From positions 1-34,688 of the forward strand of contig JAMOTX010000050.1 of NCBI GenBank assembly GCA_027062145.1: 34,688 nt of DNA, written 5' to 3'. The DNA comes from Candidatus Altimarinota bacterium (GTDB lineage Bacteria; Patescibacteriota; Gracilibacteria; BD1-5; UBA6164). Below the pieces are notes generated by a model. It searched no databases and was not told the origin of the DNA. It saw only the letters and a list, made by a program, of their open reading frames with translations. This document shows positions 9,925 through 21,213 of this stretch, one piece after another. Numbering within the stretch: position 1 is the stretch's first letter; each line of letters starts with the position of its first letter. Made by a program: the position numbers and the translations under genes.

Positions 9925-11415
9925 TTATTTAGCAACTTCTATAACTCTCATTTCTCTGATTAAATTAACTTTAACTTCACCAGGATATGATAGTTTTTCT
10001 TGAATATGATCAGCAATATCTTTAGCTAATTCAGCAGCTTCAATATCTGAAATAGTTTTAGCATTTACAAATACTCTTATTTCTCTACCAGCTGATAAAG
10101 CATATGCTTTATCTACTCATGAAAAGCTTTGCACTAATGCTTCCATTTCTTGTACTCTTTTCAAGTAGTCTTCTATTACTTCTCTTCTAGCACCAGGTCT
10201 TACAGATGATATAGCATCGGCAACTTGAACAATAGCAGCTTCTAAAGAAATATTAAATTGTTCACCATGATGATTTTCAATCATATCAATAATTTTTGGA
10301 TCAAGTTTATATTTTCTAGCAAGTACTCAACCAATTTCTGGATGTGTTCATTCTAAATCTTGATCTAAAGCTTTACCTATATCATGTAACAATCAACCAA
10401 CTTTAACTATTTTAGGATCAGCTCATAATTCTTTAGCTAATGCTTCTGCAATTATTGCTGTTTCTTTTGAATGTTTAAGTATATTTTGACCATAACTAGT
10501 TCTAAATCTAAGTTTACCTATAACTGGGATTATTTCATCAGGAAGGTTTCTTATTCATAGTTCTTCAGTAATTTTTGTACCTAATTCTTTTAGTAATACA
10601 TCTGCTTCTGCTTCTGTGTTAGCAACAACTTCTTCAATTCTTGCTGGTTGAATTCTACCGTCTTCTATAAGTTTTTCTAATGATTTTTTAGCAATATATC
10701 TTCTATATAAATCAAATGCTGAAATAAATACAGTATCTGGTGTATCATCAATAATTAGTGCAACTCATGCTGATCTTTCAAAAGTAGTAATATTTCTACC
10801 TTCTTTACCGATAAGTTTACCTTTTATATCATCAGATGGAATAGGTATAAGAGTTGTAGTAACTTCACTAGTTACATCTCATGCATATTGTTGAATAGAT
10901 TTTAAAATAATATCTCTAGAAATTTCTTTCTTTTGATCTTCAATCTTTTTTCTATATTTTGTAATTACTTCAACTCAATCTTCAGAAAATTTATCTTTTA
11001 TTTGTTTTAAAAATATTTCTTTTGCTTCAGATTCAGTTAATTTAGATATTTCTGCTAATTTTCAATCAAGTTCAATTTTTTGATCTTCTAATTTTTCTCT
11101 TTGCTCTCTTAAATTATCTTCTCTTTGTATGATTTTATCTTGTTTTTCTTCAATTATTTCTAATCTAGTTTGAATTTTTTCTTCTCTTTCTAAAATTCTT
11201 TCTTCAATTTTTTCAGCTTTGTTAATTATTTCAAAACTTTCTTTTCTAGCTTCTTCTAGAACTTTTTCTTTTTTATTTTCTGCATCTTTTATAATTTTTT
11301 CTGATTTATCTCAGGCTTTATTTGTTTTTCTATTTTCCCATATGTAAAATAAAACTACAGATAATGACATTCAAAAAATTACTCAGGCAAGAATAAGTAA
11401 CATAGTATGACTCAT
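9925..11415 (-). CDS. rny: ribonuclease Y, 496 aa
   Basis: N-terminal TM helix ([26 protein letters not shown]) and a K/E-rich coiled coil. KH region ([11 protein letters not shown]) and HD region (LLHDIGKA...HHGE). C-terminus is [22 protein letters not shown]. Confidence 0.9.
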
Positions 11416-11735
11416 TTTTTGATATTTATTATATAAAATATATCAATATTTGATATATATCCTTAGTTATAAAGGAATTTTGATAATAAAATCAGTTTCT
11501 CTAAAAAGATATGTAAATACTTACATATATGTTTACAAATCAGGTTATGTTATGATTTATATTAGCTTTATAAAAATATCGTTGTCATATTTGATTATAA
11601 AACTAATTTGGAATGTCTTTTAAAGACTTAATTTTTTATAATTTACTATTAAGATAGTAATTTTGGTATCATTTTATTACTTATATTTATCTATATAAGT
11701 AATATTTATATTAAGGATTTTTGAGATAAAGCAAT

Positions 11736-11771
11736 AAAAAAACAATTACTAATATTAGTAATTGTTTTTTT
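11736..11771 (-). terminator. terminator downstream of fusA (palindrome flanked by A7/T7)
   Basis: aaaaaaa-caattactaat|attagtaattg-ttttttt. It shares 12-bp arms with the gatA terminator. Confidence 0.7.
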
Positions 11772-11788
11772 ATATTTTATAGAAAAGA

Positions 11789-13933
11789 TTAATCTTCATC
11801 TGGAAGAACAAAACCTCTATCTTCTCTGATTTTAGTAGCAACATTTGTTGGAACTTCATCGTAATGATCGAATTCCATAGCATATGTAGCTCTACCTTGA
11901 GATGCTGATCTTAAATCAGTCATATAACCAAACATTTCTGATAATGGAACGAAAGCAGTAATTATTTTAGCTTGCCCTCTATCACCCATTTCTTCAATTC
12001 TACCTCTTTTTGAATTAATTTGACCGATAACATCACCCATATATTCTTCAGGAGTATTAACTTCAACTTTCATTATTGGTTCAAGTAAAGCAGCTTGAGC
12101 TTTTCTACATGCTTCAGTAAATGCTTTACCAGCAGCTAATTTAAATGATAGTTCAGATGAATCAACTTCATGGAATGAACCAAAAGTTAATGTAGCTTTA
12201 ATATCAACCATAGGGTAACCAGCAACAAAACCTCTTGCATATGATTCAGTTAAACCTTTTTGTACACCTGGAATATATTCTTTAGGAATAGTACCACCAA
12301 CAATAGCGTTGATAAATTTATTAGTTGGTTTTTCTTTAAGTTCAGCTTTAATATCATCTTCATCCATTTCTTTATATGGTTCGAAAGTGATAACAACATG
12401 ACCATATTGACCTCTACCTCAAGTTTGTTTAGAAAATTTATGTTCAACTTTTTCAGCAACTTTTTTAAGTGTTTCTCTGTAAGATACTTGTGGTTCACCA
12501 ACATTACATTCTACAGCGAATTCTCTTCTCATTCTATCAACAATGATATCAAGATGAAGTTCACCCATACCAGAAATAATAGTTTGAGCAGATTCTGGAT
12601 CAGTAGCAACATTAAATGAAGGATCTTCTTCAGCTAATTTAGATAATGCCATACCCATTTTTTCTTGATCAGCTTTAGATTTAGGTTCAACTGAAATTGA
12701 AATAACTGGTTTTGGAAATTCTATAGATTCAACTAAGAATTTATCATTAATATCACATAAAGTATCACCAGTTTTAGTATTTTTAAGACCGATAATTGCA
12801 CCAATGTTACCAGCAGTTATTTCTTGAATTTCTACTCTATCATTTGCATGCATTTGTAATAATCTACCAACTCTTTCTTTAGTACCTGTAGTAGAATTAT
12901 AAATATATGTACCAGATTTAAGTGTTCAAGTATAAACTCTTGTAAATGTAAGTCTACCTACGAATGGATCAGTTGCTATTTTAAATGCAATAGCAGCTAA
13001 AGTAGAATCATTTGAAACTGGAATTTTTTTGAAATTTTCTTTAGTATCAACGTCTTTACAGTCAATCATTGCATCATTAACATCAATTGGAGAAGGTAAA
13101 TAATCAACAGCAGCATCAATAACCATTTGAACACCTATATTTTGAAGAGCAGATCCACAAACTACAGCATATAATTCATTATTACTTACAGCTTTTCTTA
13201 AACCTTTTTTAATTTCAGGAATTTCTAAAGTACCATTTTCAAAATAAATATCCATCAAAGCGTCATCTTGAGAGGCAACTTTTTCAACCATATCATCTCT
13301 TAATTCTTGACATCTATCTTTAATATCAGCTGGAATATCAATTTCAGTAATTTTTTCACCATCACTTCATTCAAAGTGGAAAGCTTTCATTTCTACAAGA
13401 TCAACGATCCCTTCGAAAGTTTCAGCAGCACCAATAGGATATTGAATAGCAACAACTTTATCTCATGCTAATCTTTTTTTGATAGTGTCAATAGACATTT
13501 CAAAATCACCACCCATTTTATCCATTTTATTTACAAAACAGATTCTAGGTACTTCATATTTATCAGCTTGTTTCCAAACAGTTTCAGATTGAGGTTCAAC
13601 TCATTGAGAACCATCAAATACAGCAACTCAACCATCAAGAACTCTAAGAGATCTTTCTACTTCAATTGTAAAATCCACATGACCTGGAGTATCAATAATA
13701 TTTATTTGATGATCTTTCCAGAAACAAGTAGTAGCTGCAGAAGTAATTGTAATACCTCTTTCTTGTTCTTGTTCCATCCAATCCATTGTACCTTCACCAT
13801 CATGAGTCTCACCAATTTTGTGAATTCTACCTGTATAGAATAAAATTCTTTCAGTAGCTGTAGTTTTACCAGCATCAATATGGGCAATAATACCAATATT
13901 TCTGATCTTATCTAAAGGAGTTACTTTAACCAT
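11789..13933 (-). CDS. fusA: elongation factor G, 714 aa
   Basis: Four ORF-track fragments (11789..12367, 12419..12853, 12926..13291, 13628..13933) are in one frame and joined by TGA codons. Motifs: [45 protein letters not shown]. Confidence 0.97.
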
Positions 13934-14054
13934 CTTAGTAATATTAAAATTTAAAAATATTTTTATAAAAAACGCAAATATAATCTATTTGTAAACTATC
14001 CCTACTTTAAAGGATAATTTAAGATAAATAGACTCCAATTTGGTTTGTGCGTGG

Positions 14055-14082
14055 ATTTTACTTATTAGTTATTATAAGTCAA
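14055..14082 (-). promoter_or_regulatory. candidate promoter for fusA (TTGACT-16-TAAAAT), implying a leader of about 115-120 nt
   Basis: On the minus strand, TTGACT is at 14082-14077 and TAAAAT at 14060-14055. Confidence 0.4.
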
Positions 14083-14120
14083 ATGTTTTTTGGCATGATA
14101 AAAGCATTTTTTAGTATAAA

Positions 14121-14148
14121 TTGACAAGAATATTATTTTTAGTATAAA
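14121..14148 (+). promoter_or_regulatory. candidate promoter for the HD-hydrolase gene (TTGACA-16-TATAAA)
   Basis: TTGACA at 14121-14126 and TATAAA at 14143-14148. The 13-nt repeat TTTTTAGTATAAA occurs at 14108-14120 and 14136-14148. Confidence 0.45.
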
Positions 14149-14179
14149 ATAAATACAATATTTGTTTAATTTGTTATTT

Positions 14180-15061
14180 ATGGAAGGAAAAGATTTATAT
14201 TCTGTTCAAAATTTTATAGATGTTCAAGAAATGAATGAACAAGAACAAAAGGGTATTGATAAGATGACTAATTTAGTTATAGATAATATATATAATTGAA
14301 AAATAGAGGATAATGAGGAATTTAGATCAACATATAGAAATATATGAACAGCTTATAATTTAATGAAACAAAAATTTTCTGAAGTTATAAGGGATGATTG
14401 AGAAAGGTATTTTGAACACTTAAGAGCCGTAACAAATATTATTTTAGATTTTATACCAGAACCAAATAAAGAAAAAGTATTAATTGCATTATTACATGAT
14501 TCTATTGAAGATACTAATATTGATTTTCATACTTTAGAAATATTATTTTGACCAAAAATAGCAATAGCTGTTGTATGACTAAGTAAAAAAGATTGGAAAT
14601 TATATATTACAGATGAAGAAACTAAAATCTTTTACTTTAATAAAAATCATTCTGATAAAACTATTAAAGAAAATGAGAATACAATATTAAAACCACTTTG
14701 AAAAGAAAGGAGGAATAAGGAATATTTTAGTCATTTAGAATCTTTTGATTCTATGTTAAATTATGTAAAAACTATTGTTAAAGAAGAAGATATAGAATGA
14801 CTTAACGAAAATGAAATAATAGAAATTACTAAAAATATTATTGATGTTAAATTAGCAGATAGAATTCATAATTTATCTACACAATGGGATGAAAACAATT
14901 TAGATAAAGTAAAAAGAAAAGTAGAAGAAACTAAAGATTACTTCCTTGATATTGCAAAAGAAACTAATTCTATAGTATATAAAAAATTAAAAACTTTAAT
15001 TTTAGATTTAGAAATTAAATTAGCAAATTTTTCTAATAAAGTAGATGAGATTATTATATAA
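14180..15061 (+). CDS. stand-alone RelA/SpoT-type HD-domain protein (putative (p)ppGpp hydrolase), 293 aa
   Basis: -G-ERYFEHLRAVTNIIL...ALLHDSIEDTNIDFHTLEILF-G-PKIAIAVV-G-LSK ... IIDVKLADRIHNLSTQ matches the SpoT hydrolase (HD_4) motifs. No synthetase domain is present. Confidence 0.8.
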
Positions 15062-15092
15062 AAAGATGTTTGAATTAATTCAAACATCTTTT
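15061..15092. terminator. bidirectional terminator, perfect 16+16 palindrome
   Basis: aaaagatgtttgaatt|aattcaaacatctttt. It is bracketed exactly by the convergent stops at 15059-15061 and 15092-15094. Confidence 0.75.
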
Positions 15093-15760
15093 TATATATT
15101 TTCAATTTCTAACTTATTAATACTTTTTTTAACTTCTGATAATATAAATTCACTAATATTTCTTGATTTTTTTTCAGTAATATTAATGTTTATCTCCCTC
15201 AGAAAGAAACTAAATACCTTATTTGTGTAGTTTAATAATAAAGTATCATCTTTTATTAATAACTGTTTTAATTTTTGTGTTTGAATACTTGAATATTCTA
15301 ACACGACACTATCAGTAATATCTTCAACCCAATAATTTATTCTATTTTGAATTGATTGATCAATATTATTATCATCAAATTCTGTAATTATTTTTTTAAT
15401 ATTATAATTAAAATTTATATTTTTTTTATTTGAAGTTTCTCTTATTTTTTCAGATATTTCTATATTTATTAATGATAATATTCATAGTATGAAATTAGAA
15501 GGATATCATAAATGAATTGCAGGGAAAAGAGTATCTAAAATAGTATCATATTTTTTATCTACAATAATTTTCACTAAAAAACCAGCCAGTAAGAAATCAT
15601 ATTTCTTGGCTTTTTTTTCATCTTTCCTAGTTTTTGCTACTTTAGCTCAAGCTTTTTTAGTGGATTCTTTATATTTTTCACTAGCATCTTTTGCTGATTC
15701 AGCTGAGTTTCATACTCATTCTGAGGAATCTATGTCTGGAGAATAATCTTCTATTCACAT
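15092..15760 (-). CDS. hypothetical protein, 222 aa
   Basis: This extends ORF-track 15092..15304 through TGA codons to ATG at 15760. An in-frame TAA lies 9 codons further upstream. The N-terminus is charged and low-complexity. No family recognised. Confidence 0.6.
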
Positions 15761-15826
15761 AGGCTTTTTATATAATTTATCTATTTACGGTATTAGTTTA
15801 TCATTTTTTATTGTTTTTTCAAAATA

Positions 15827-15854
15827 AAAAATAGAGTTTTAAAACTCTATTTTT
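15827..15854 (-). terminator. terminator after prmC (14+14 palindrome)
   Basis: aaaaatagagtttt|aaaactctattttt. The prmC TAA (15839-15841) sits on the dyad axis. Confidence 0.7.
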
Positions 15855-16690
15855 ATACATCTTTCAATATCTGAGTTATCTTTAAATATTTCAAATTTCA
15901 AATTAAGATTTTTAATATATTTTTCACTATAATCTTTTTGATCAAATCATATTTCTATAAATAAAGTTAATGAATTTAAATGTTTTATAGATTTAAGTTG
16001 ACTGCATTCTCTAATTAATTGTTCATATAATTCAAAACCAGTATTTTTTCATCCATACAATGCTAAAGCTGGTTCGAATTCCATTGTTTCATTATCAATA
16101 TTATCAAAATCTTCATTTTTTATATATGGAAGATTAGCTGTTATTACTATGTTTTTATTTAATTCATAATCATTATTTCATAGTAATTCACTTATTAAAT
16201 CAGAATTTATTTGTTTTATTTGTTTTGATAATCAATACTTTGTTATATTTTTTTCACTTATTTCTAAAGCATTTTCAGAAATATCTATTACATAACAATT
16301 ATTTATTTTATTAGTATTTTTTAATATTGATATAGGAATGCAACTGCTTCAAGTTCAAACATCAATTAAAGTTGTTCATTTATACTTTAAAAGAATTTCA
16401 ATTGCTTTATCTACCATCACTTCAGTATCGTCTCTTGGAATAAGAACTCTTGAATCTACATAAAAATCAAGAGAATAAAATTCAGCGTTATTTATTATAT
16501 ATTCTAAAGGTTCTCATTTTTCTAATCTTTTAAAAGATTTTTTTATTTCTTCTAAATAACTATCATTTATATCATTAAGTAAAAATAACTGACTTTTAGA
16601 TAAGCCAGTTATTTTTAATAATGTTAGATCTATCTTTCTTGTTTCTAACCTTGAATTTCTTCATAGTTTATATATTTCTGCTTTATTCAT
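15839..16690 (-). CDS. prmC: release-factor glutamine N5-methyltransferase (PrmC/HemK), 283 aa
   Basis: -G-EPLEYIINNAEFYSLDFYVDSRVLIPRDDTEVMV; LIDV-G-T-G-SSCI (SAM motif I); VITANLPYI (an NPPY variant); EPALALYG-G-KNTGFELY. Confidence 0.85.
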
Positions 16691-16703
16691 AATTTTATTA
16701 GTT

Positions 16704-16934
16704 TTATTTATTTTCTAATACTTCTAATGCTTTATTAACAGTTGTTTTAATACATATTTTAATAGTTTCGTGAGACATTTTTAAACTATTTGGATTATAA
16801 ACGTGTATATTAGAAATTATTTGACTTACTAATGATGTTAAATCTGCTTTATTATTTTCTTCGATTTGAGGGTATAATTCTTTAATAGTTCATAATATAT
16901 CTATTTCTTCTATTTCAATTTTTTCTATTGCCAT
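16704..16934 (-). CDS. hypothetical small protein, 76 aa
   Basis: ATG at 16934 and TAA at 16704-16706, with one TGA. Its stop lies 13 nt upstream of the prmC start. No family recognised. Confidence 0.5.
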
Positions 16935-16973
16935 ATTTATTTAAATTGTTTTATTAAGACAATTATATTAATT

Positions 16974-17004
16974 AAAAAAAACTAGAAGTCAAACTTCTAG
17001 TTTT
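16974..17004 (-). terminator. terminator after the ABC-2 permease gene
   Basis: Stem aaaactagaag (16978-16988) pairs with cttctagtttt (16994-17004). The permease TAG (16997-16999) is in the right arm. Confidence 0.7.
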
Positions 17005-17758
17005 CAAATTTCTTTTTATTGAATATAAGTATAGTAAAATATAGTATTATAGCTAAATAGACTAAAGAATAAAATGTATTATATAGGAAAAATTTATATG
17101 TAAATTCTGAATAACTTCATATTATATCTTTTATGTTCAGTGCTTCAAAAGGAGGGAATAATAATTGCAATATTTCAGAAAATTTTATTACAAAAACATC
17201 TTTACTTCTATTTGCCATGTCTAATAATATAGAATAGCTATGACTTAAAAAATATACACTTAGAGATATCAATATAGTTAATATATTAGACATAAATGTA
17301 GATAAAAAGAAAACAAGTGATAGCAATATTTCAAGTTTCAAATATGTAAATAATAATGAAAATGAAATTAATCTAGTTATTTCTATGTCTTTTAACAAAA
17401 GAACAGATAAAAATAAAATAGATTGTAACACTATAATTAAAAATATTGTTCATGAAAATCAGAAAAATTTACCTAATATAAATTCATACCTTTTAATTGG
17501 TTTACTTAATATTAGGAAAATTGTTTTTCATTCTATTTCATTAAATAAAAGTTGTGATCATACGAATAATACTGAAACTAGTCAGAAGATTTCTATCATA
17601 GCTAATCAAAAATCTACTATTATTTTATTGTCCTCTCAAATAGTTAATTGTCAAAGAGCTATTGAAAATATTATAAAAACAAATGCAAAAAATAGTATTA
17701 AATATAAAAATTTATTTCTTACTATTTCTTTAAATGTGTTTAATGCAATATTTAGCAT
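16997..17758 (-). CDS. ABC-2 type transporter permease (NosY-like), 253 aa
   Basis: MLNIALNTFKEIVRNKFLYLILFFAFVFIIFSIAL-G-QLTI-G-EDNKIIVDF-G-LAMIEIF-G-LVSVLFV-G-SQLLFNEIE-G-KTIFLILSKPIKRYEFILGKFF. This is the ABC2_membrane pattern with six hydrophobic segments. No ATPase gene is adjacent. Confidence 0.7.
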
Positions 17759-17767
17759 AATATTAAT

Positions 17768-18109
17768 TTAGTTAGTTAAATTTGTAAAATAATTTATTAA
17801 TTTAATTTTTTCTATTTTATTATTAGGAGAATCCGTTAGAAAAAATATTAATATTAACATTATAAATAATACTCATAATGTTATTATTCACAATTTAGGA
17901 TTTTTTATAATAAAATAAAAAAGCATTATTGATGTAAGGGATCAAACGTATATAGGAATAAAAATCGCATAATCATTTGGTATAAATATTCAAATAATAC
18001 TTAAAATTATTAGTGGAATTAATATTAAATTAAAAATCCATAAATATAATGTTTTCTTTTCTTTTTTAAGTAAATCAGCTAAAAAAATATATGTATTAAT
18101 ATTTTTCAT
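17768..18109 (-). CDS. small membrane protein, 113 aa
   Basis: ATG at 18109 and TAA at 17768-17770. Three hydrophobic segments. It is wedged 2 nt after fmt and 9 nt before the permease. Confidence 0.5.
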
Positions 18110-18111
18110 TT

Positions 18112-19044
18112 TTAAAATTTATAATCTAAAAATTCTTTATTTCAATTTATGAAAGAAAGTATATCCATACTCTTTTTTCATTCAAGTTTCACTTTTTTTA
18201 ATATTATTAAATTTTTATCTTTAGTGGCAATTCATATATTCTTTTTATCTAATTTTACAACAGAACCAATAGTAATATCACTTTCATTATTAATTATATC
18301 AATTTCTTCTAGGTTTAACTTTTTTCCATTATATAAAGTATATATTCCTGGCCAATCGTAATAAGCATTATATTTATTAAAAATATCTTTAGATAGATCG
18401 TTTTGAAAGTTTATTTCTCAATCTTCTTTTGATATTTTACTGCAATATGTTGCTTTTGATATATCTTGTTTTTTTGATTTAAGTGTTCAGCTAAGAATTC
18501 AATTTAATGTATCAATTAATAATTTAGGACCAATTTTTTCAAATTTTTCAAAAATATCCTTAGTTTTATCTGTTTTATCTATATTAATTTTTTTTATATC
18601 TAAAATATCTCATTCATCCATTCATTCAGACATATACATTATAGTTAATCATGTTTCATTATCTCAGTTTTTTATTGCTTCTTGTATAGGACTTGCTCAT
18701 CTGTATTCAGGTAATATTGAACCATGTATATTAATACATCAATATTTTGGTGCATTAAGTACTTCATTTGGAACTATTTTTCAATAGGCAACTACAACTA
18801 AAAAATCAAATCATTCTAATTCTTTAAAAAAATTAGTATTTGCTTTAAGTTTTTCAGGTTGCAATACTTTTATATTTTTTTCTTCAGCTAATAATTTAAC
18901 TGGTGTAGGTGTTATTATTTTTTTTCTTCAGATAGGCTTATCTGGTTGTGATACTACAAGTCAGACCTCTATATTTCATAATTCAAGTATTCACTGAAGA
19001 GTATTCTTAGAAAATTCTCATGTTCAAAAAAAAGCTATTTTCAT
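18112..19044 (-). CDS. fmt: methionyl-tRNA formyltransferase, 310 aa
   Basis: MKIAFF-G-T-G-EFS...VVSQPDKPI-G-RKK...VVVAY-G-KIVP...[37 protein letters not shown]. By my hand count there are 20 in-frame TGA against 5 GGN codons. Confidence 0.92.
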
Positions 19045-19047
19045 ATA

Positions 19048-19773
19048 TTATTTAGTTATTTTTATAAATTTTTCTTTTCAATTATTTTCAAAAAATAGAT
19101 ATATTTCATTACTATTTATTTCAGTAGTTATATCATTTTTATAAAACTTTTTATTTCATCATATATTCTTGATTATTAAGTTTTCTATACTTAAGGTTCA
19201 TGATTTATCTATTTTTGTATTTATCTTAATTATATTAAGATAATTATTTTTCTCTGGTTTTACATTATCATTTGAAAAATAATTTATTTTAATTTCATTT
19301 AATATTTCACCTGATAATGTTGCTTTTATTTTATAAAAAGGATCTGTATTAAAGCTAAATTCAAAATCTGTATTTGAATTATATTCTTTACTAGAAAATA
19401 ATTTTTGTTTTTTGAATATTTTAATAATACCTGTTCAAGAAGTAGTATTTGTTTTTATTATTCAGCTTCAAGTGTATGTATTTAAGTCAATATTTTGAGT
19501 ATATATATTATCAAATTTATTTAAATATACTATATATGCTCAGCTTTGAGTATTTGTATTAAATATTAGTTCATAATCAAAAATTTTATAATTTTTTACA
19601 TCTTTATCTAATTGCATTAAATTATTTTCAATTGTTTGAGTTCTTTGTTTTATTTGTTGATTTTTAATAAAATCTAAAAAATAAAAAACTGAAGAACTAG
19701 TTATAAGAGTAATAATAGAAATAACTATTATTAATTCAACTAATGTAAATGCTTTAAAAAGATTTTTTTTCAT
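19048..19773 (-). CDS. type IV pilin-like protein (prepilin N-terminal cleavage/methylation motif), 241 aa
   Basis: MKKNLFKA|FTLVELIIVISIITLITSS is a class III signal peptide with Glu at +5. Ala, not Gly, is at -1. The ORF continues past the TGA at 19540 to TAA at 19048-19050. The C-terminal domain is N/T/I-rich and has no Cys. Confidence 0.75.
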
Positions 19774-19775
19774 AT

Positions 19776-20828
19776 TTATTTTTTAATTAATGTTTCCACT
19801 ATTTTATTTAAAAATACAACAACAACAACTATTATAAAAAATACTATTATTTTTCATGTTTTATCTAAAAATAATGCTGTTAATCAAAATAAAAATGAAA
19901 GAGAATATACTAGTCATAATACTTTATTTTTATTTAATCATATTTTTAGTAATCTATGATGTAAATGTGTAAAATCTCATTCTAATGGATTTTTTTTATT
20001 TAATAACCTTTTTATTATTACATAAATAGCATCAACAGAATATATTCAAAAAACAACTAATACAGTAGCTATTTTTCATCATGCTATTATAGCTAAAGTA
20101 GCTAACATAAATCATAAAAACATTGTACCTGAATCTCACATAAGTATTTTTTCTTTTACATCAAACCACCAAAAAGGAATTATTATTCATACAAGAATAA
20201 TTGATATTCACATTATAAATTTAGCATTTTCTAATAGTAATACAGTTTCATCTCTATTAAATAGAATTATTCATAATAAAAATAATATAAAAAACGATAT
20301 AATAGATAATCAAGAAGTATTTCATTGAATTCAGTCTGTCCAATTTAATGCATTAAAAACAAATACGTACCATAAAATAGTAAAAAATAAAGGAATTAAA
20401 TATATAGTATGATTAAATAAATCTATATAATATGTTTCTAGATTGGCAATTCATCAAAATATATTACTTATGTATCATATTTTTATTGATGTAACTCAAA
20501 TAACTGCTCAAATTACTATTTGAAATAAAAGCCTTATTTTAGGACTTACATTTGCTCTATCATCTATATAACTTATTAAAGTTATTAAAAATCAGAAAAC
20601 CCAAATGAGTCAAAGTTTATAATTATAATCAATAAACAATGAGCTGATTATAAAAAATGAAATAAAAAATATTATTCCCATTGAATATGGAATTGGATTT
20701 CTTTTTAGTCAATATTTTTTAGGATTATCAAGAATTTTAAATTTATAAAAAAGCTTACTAAAACCTATTATTAATAGGAAAGAAGTAATTAATGAAAATC
20801 AGAATATTAAAATATATTGAAGTATCAT
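19776..20828 (-). CDS. glycosyltransferase family 4 polyprenyl-phosphate HexNAc-1-phosphate transferase (WecA/TagO-like), 350 aa
   Basis: SYIDDRANVSPKIRL; FNALNWTD-G-IQ-G-NTS-G-L; M-G-DSGTMFL-G-F; -G-DFTHLHHRLL. About 10 TM segments. Confidence 0.85.
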
Positions 20829-20934
20829 GTGAAAAATGTGTTTAATTAGTTTATTTAATAGTAATTTTAACTTTTTAAAAATCAAGAAAAAACTTATTTT
20901 TTTTCAAAAAAAAAGGGGTGAAAATTTTACTTTT

Positions 20935-21147
20935 CTACCTCTTAATAGAGATGGTTTCTTTATTAACCATTTCATTTACTTTGCCTTCGATGGCAATTTC
21001 ACCAGTATACTTACACTCTAAAATAATATAATATAATGGGACATCATCAATGTGCTTGTATTTTCCTGAACATTTAGTAAAACGCTTTATTCTATAGAAT
21101 CGTCCTTCCATTACAAAGCTTTTTCCTGTATTTTCGTCTTTTTTCAT
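20935..21147 (-). CDS. orphan small protein, 70 aa, with its own Shine-Dalgarno site and promoter-like elements
   Basis: aaAAGGAGAaaaaATG at 21147 and a true TAG stop at 20935-20937. It has no TGA codons (5 Gly, all GGN). Sequence: MKKDENTGKSFVMEGRFYRIKRFTKCSGKYKHIDDVPLYYIILECKYTGEIAIEGKVNEMVNKETISIKR. Confidence 0.6.
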   Translation of the reverse strand: MKKDENTGKSFVMEGRFYRIKRFTKCSGKYKHIDDVPLYYIILECKYTGEIAIEGKVNEMVNKETISIKR

Positions 21148-21185
21148 TTTTTCTCCTTTTTTGATTTTCTTAAAAATGAGAATTT

Positions 21186-21213
21186 ACTATAGTGATTTTA
21201 TATTCAAAGTCAA
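21186..21213 (-). promoter_or_regulatory. candidate promoter for the orphan ORF (TTGACT-16-TATAGT)
   Basis: On the minus strand, TTGACT is at 21213-21208 and TATAGT at 21191-21186, about 35 nt upstream of the Shine-Dalgarno site. Confidence 0.4.

Noticed and set aside
12250-13896. ORF-track ORFs 12250..12504(-), 12260..12619(+), 13568..13843(+) and 13702..13896(-)
   Set aside because: They are off-frame or antisense shadows inside fusA, with low-complexity translations.
15045-18361. Plus-strand ORFs 15045..15230, 17385..17771 and 18149..18361
   Set aside because: They are antisense to the minus-strand genes (the 222-aa hypothetical, the ABC-2 permease and fmt), which are supported by recognisable motifs or long table-25 open frames.
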